NCBI RefSeq assembly: GCF_018350175.1
Contig: NC_058368.1
Location: forward strand, 114,826,001 to 114,890,000
Length of the DNA: 64,000 nucleotides
Source: Felis catus
Taxonomy: Eukaryota
Reading direction: 5' to 3'
Below, in pieces: positions 60,440 through 64,000 of the stretch. How positions within the stretch are numbered: position 1 is the first letter of the stretch; each line of letters starts with the position of its first letter. The notes below the pieces were generated by a model. The model did no database searches. It was not told where the DNA came from and saw only the letters and a list, made by a program, of their open reading frames with translations. Position numbers and translations under genes: made by a program.

Positions 60440-61030
60440 TTCCTGGGAGACAGATGCACTGACAGTGCTGTGTGGCAAGTACTATAATAGAGATACTTGT
60501 GAAGTGCTGGGGGAACCCAGAAAAGAGGCAACAGTTCTTTCTGTGGGAGCAGAGGACATTTGTGTGAGTCTTGAAGGAAGATGGAAAAGTCTGGAAAGAT
60601 GCTTTGGGCAGAGGAAAGGGCTTTTATAAAGGCCTGGAGACATGAATGTGCATTGGAGAAGAATTTCACGGAGTGGATGTAGGTGACTAGTCTTTTAGGC
60701 TAGTTGCAGTCAGGTTTGTTTACAGGAGTTTGGGTTTCACCCTGTTTGTGGTGGGGAAGTAGTCCCTCAGCCTTTGAGGAGTGGATTCTATGATAATGAT
60801 AAATTAGGCTGTCTGGATAATGATTGGAAATGAGAAGACTTCTAGATATTTTAAACCAGAATGTAGGCCAGAGCCCAGAGATAGGAAGGGTTAGTAGAGT
60901 CAGGTATTTACTGATGTACAGAGGAGGGGTAGGGAAGAGGATGAGAGGCCTAGAGTCTCCTTCTAGGGTAGCTGGTTGGGTGCATCTTTGGTCAGCAGAA
61001 ATGGAGAAAGCCAAAGAGGGAGAAGATTTG
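60440..61030 (-). mobile_element. Degenerate L2
   Basis: GAGTCTTGAAGGAAGA, GGGCAGAGGAAAGGGCT..AAAGGCCTGGAGACATGAA, GCAGAAATGGAGAA. Confidence 0.55.
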
Positions 61031-61274
61031 GAGGAAAAAGCTTGGCTTGTGGCCTATGGAGTTTGAATAACTTAGCTCTTCAGTTGCTTGTTGGGAAAAG
61101 TCCTTTAGATTGGAGAAATGTTGCTCTGGCCACTTCTGACATTCACTGTGGTAGCTGTGAAAAGGTGGAGTTTGCTTCTTTGTTTTTTGGAGGGTGGATG
61201 GGTGGAGGGGTTGGTTTTAGGGTTTCTTAAGTAGTATAATAAACTATAAGAATAGAATGGGTCCAGTGTATTTA

Positions 61275-61432
61275 AAAAATATATATGTGTATATATTAAA
61301 TAAATATATATAATTAAAAAATATATATTTTAAATATGTTTAAGTAATCTCTACGCCCAGTGTGGGGCTTGAACTCAAAACCCTGAGATCAAGAATCTAC
61401 GTGCTCTTCTGACTGAGCCAGCCAGGTGCTCA
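61275..61432 (-). mobile_element. Short, old CAN-SINE with TA-rich tail
   Basis: AAGTAATCTCTACGCCCAGTGTGGGGCTTGAACTC..GAGCCAGCCAGGTG. Confidence 0.85.
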
Positions 61433-61779
61433 GGGCCCAAAGTATTTTTAAATTGGGAAAGATAAAGACCAAACCTCTAATGCCTTTGATTTCTTTGCTT
61501 ATCTTCAAACCTTATTTTTTGTCATTTAAATATTTATCTTCTATTTTTCACTCATGTTTGTTCTTGGAAGTCGTCAAGGTTCTTTGTTGCCATTGTCTCC
61601 TCTTATAGCCTGAAACAGTATCCTTCCCCCCCTCCCCTCCTACAAGAGATCCTCAGTGAGGACTCCCTGACCTTTTGGGGACTCCCTCCTGGATATTCCT
61701 CTTGTACACTGATGTATTACAACTATTTTCTGTTGTATTGTAACTATTTTCCTGTCTAGACTCAGCTCTTTCCCCCACC

Positions 61780-62614
61780 TTTTTTTCTTTTTTTTTTTTT
61801 TTGAAAATCTTCAACTGTATAGAAAAGTTGAAAGTAATAGAGTGAGCACTTGATTCATCAATTCACTTAGATTCACCAGTTGTTAGCATTTTTCATGTTT
61901 GCTCAGTTGCTTTATATAAGTTTTTTTTGAGGCATTTGATAGTGAACTGTTGATACCAGGGAACTTCACCCTTAAATTCTTCAGCATATAATTCCTAAGA
62001 ATAAGACACTGCCTTTACCTAACTACAGTATCACATGAGAAATTCTATGTCACAGGAGAAATTTTACATTGATATAGTAACATAATTCCATTTAAAGAGA
62101 GGTCCAAAAATCTTGTTGGTTCTCCCTGGGAACTTAGGAACTTGGGAGAAATGCAGACTCTTACATCCTACCCTAGACCTACTAAATCACAATTTGCCTT
62201 TTAGTAAGATTCCCAGAAGTACTTACTGATCTCATGGTATAGTCCATAGTCCTATTAAATTCAAACAGTTGTCCCAGTGATGTTTTTTATGTTTTTTATG
62301 GTTTTTTTTTTTTTTTTAATGCAGGAATCAATAAAAGGTCACATACTGCATTTAGTTGTCATGTCTCTGTAAAGTATTTCTGTCTCCCTCGTCAAATTGG
62401 CACTTTGGAAGAGTTTAGGCCCGTTTTGTAGATGCTCTACGGTTTGGATTGGTCTGATTGTTTTAATTTTTGGCAGTACTATGTATGTGATGATGTATCT
62501 TTCTGAGGGCATCTCAACAATTGTCACATTGTTCTGGTGGTGATGCCAAGTTTAAACACGTGATTAATTAGCATCTGCCAGATTTCTCCCTTGTAAAGAT
62601 CCCTATTTCCTTTT
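61780..62614 (-). mobile_element. Old L1MC/ME-like 3' fragment with a MER5-like piece near 62120-62220
   Basis: TTGAAAATCTTCAACTGTATAGAAAAGTTG, TAGATTCACCAGTTGTTAGCATTTT, CATTTAGTTGTCATGTCTCT, TCTGCCAGATTTCTCC. Confidence 0.75.
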
Positions 62615-62618
62615 GTAC

Positions 62619-63183
62619 TGTTGGGGAGGAAGAATTTCCTTTACCCTTAAGATCCTTCTAGCTGGACTAAGAACCAAATAGATTAGACTGATTAATAGGA
62701 GAAAATCGAATTTAATAATGCACGTAAGGTGGGGCACCTGGGTGGCTCAGTTGGAAGACCATGCAACTCTTGATACCGGGTTTGTGAGTTCAAGCCCCAT
62801 GTTGGGTGTAGAGATTACTTAAAAATAAAATAATAAAAAAAAAGTGTATGCAAGGGGAATCTAAGCAAACGTGGAAATTCCAAAGACAGGCAACAAAATG
62901 CTTATATGAGCTAAGGAGAAAGATAGGGGCCTAAGGATATGAAGGAGAGAAAGACCATTAGAAGGAAGGTGAAAGGAGACATTTGGAAAACAAAGGTTGC
63001 CCTATTAGTAGATAATTTTCTTAGGTAAAGATAATTTGTTAATAGCTGTCTTCCTAATACAAGCAGGCAGTTGAGGGGGAGGTAGAGAGCTTTTACTGAA
63101 TCTGCTGGGTTTTGATTGCTTTTAACTCAAAATGTTCATGCCAAAGTGGCCCATTTGGAGGAGGCCTGCCCCTGGTCCTCACA
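62619..63183 (-). mobile_element. Solo LTR, probably class I ERV, containing a short SINE (about 62731-62843)
   Basis: TG...CA termini flanked by exact 4-bp TSD GTAC (62615-62618 and 63184-63187); ATTAAA on the minus strand near 62715. Confidence 0.8.
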
Positions 63184-63231
63184 GTACTTAATAATTAATT
63201 GCTGTGATGATCTGATAGGGAATTCTTTAAG

Positions 63232-63653
63232 AAAAAAAAAATTTTAATGTTTATTTATTTTTGAGAGGGAGAGAGAACAAGCAGGGGAGGGGCAGAGAGA
63301 AAGGAAGACATAGGATCCGAAGCAGGTTCTGTGCTGACAGCAGAGAGCCTGATGTGGGGCTCAGACTCACAAACCTTGAGATCATGACCTGAGCTGAGTT
63401 GGCCACTTAACCAACTGAGCCACCCAGGTGCCCCTTTTTAATTTTTTTTTTTAATGTTTATTTATTTTTGAGAGAGAGGGAGACACATGGAGCGTGAGCA
63501 GGGGAGGGGCAGAGAGAGAGGGAGACAGAATTTGAAGCAGGCTCAAGGCTCTGAGCTAGCAGCACAGAGCTGAATATGGGGCCCAAACTCACAAACCCTG
63601 AGATCATGACCTGAACCAAAGAAGCTTAACCAACTGAGCCACCCAGGTGCCCC
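63232..63653 (-). mobile_element. Two tandem minus-strand CAN-SINEs
   Basis: Reverse bodies ending CACCCAGGTGCCCC at about 63434 and 63653. Confidence 0.9.
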
Positions 63654-64000
63654 TAAAAGGGATTTCTAATTAGTCTTTTTGTCCCTTGCACGTAGCAGGA
63701 TCCTAAGATGTGGTAAATGGTCAGTGAATGGCAAAATAGATTATCACTAATGACAAAATTAGTTTCATCAGTATTAGAGACAATTCTTATTTTCACATTC
63801 AGTCTGGGTAACTTCCTAGACTCATTCCAAGTTCAGGCATCTTTTCTCCTGGCTCTCCAAGAGCACAGTCCTCTTCCTGTGGGCTTCTCAGCTGTGTGAA
63901 AAATTTCTCTGCCTTTTAGTCTCATTGTTCTAAAACAAAAACCTCTTTTCCCTTTTGTCTCTCATTTCTTTTGTGTGAGTCCAGATGCTGGTTTCATCTT

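Overview
Mammalian genomic DNA from a feliform carnivore, almost certainly a felid. The dominant repeat is the tRNA-derived CAN-SINE, including the cat-type form beginning GGGGCGCCTGGGTGGCGCAGTCGGTTAAGCGTCCGACTTCAGCCAGG. I found no credible protein-coding exon: the ORF track is explained by SINEs, L1 fragments, simple repeats and a CpG island. Bases 1-43.9 kb are intergenic, with old L2, MaLR/ERVL LTR and DNA-transposon fossils, many SINEs, and a few repeat-free blocks rich in homeobox motifs (candidate enhancers). A CpG-island promoter at about 43.96-45.16 kb drives a + strand gene I cannot name. It has a probable non-coding first exon, a 33-nt micro-exon, and intron sequence to the end of the window. 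The most unusual structure is a local inverted duplication at 36.85-38.30 kb, where a young SINE plus 110 bp of its flank recurs in opposite orientation about 745 bp away. Also notable are three antisense splice donors with a hairpin at the promoter edge and a four-element nested L1/SINE stack. Repeat subfamily names come from memory of consensus sequences, and many boundaries are approximate. I found no convincing novel multi-gene system.
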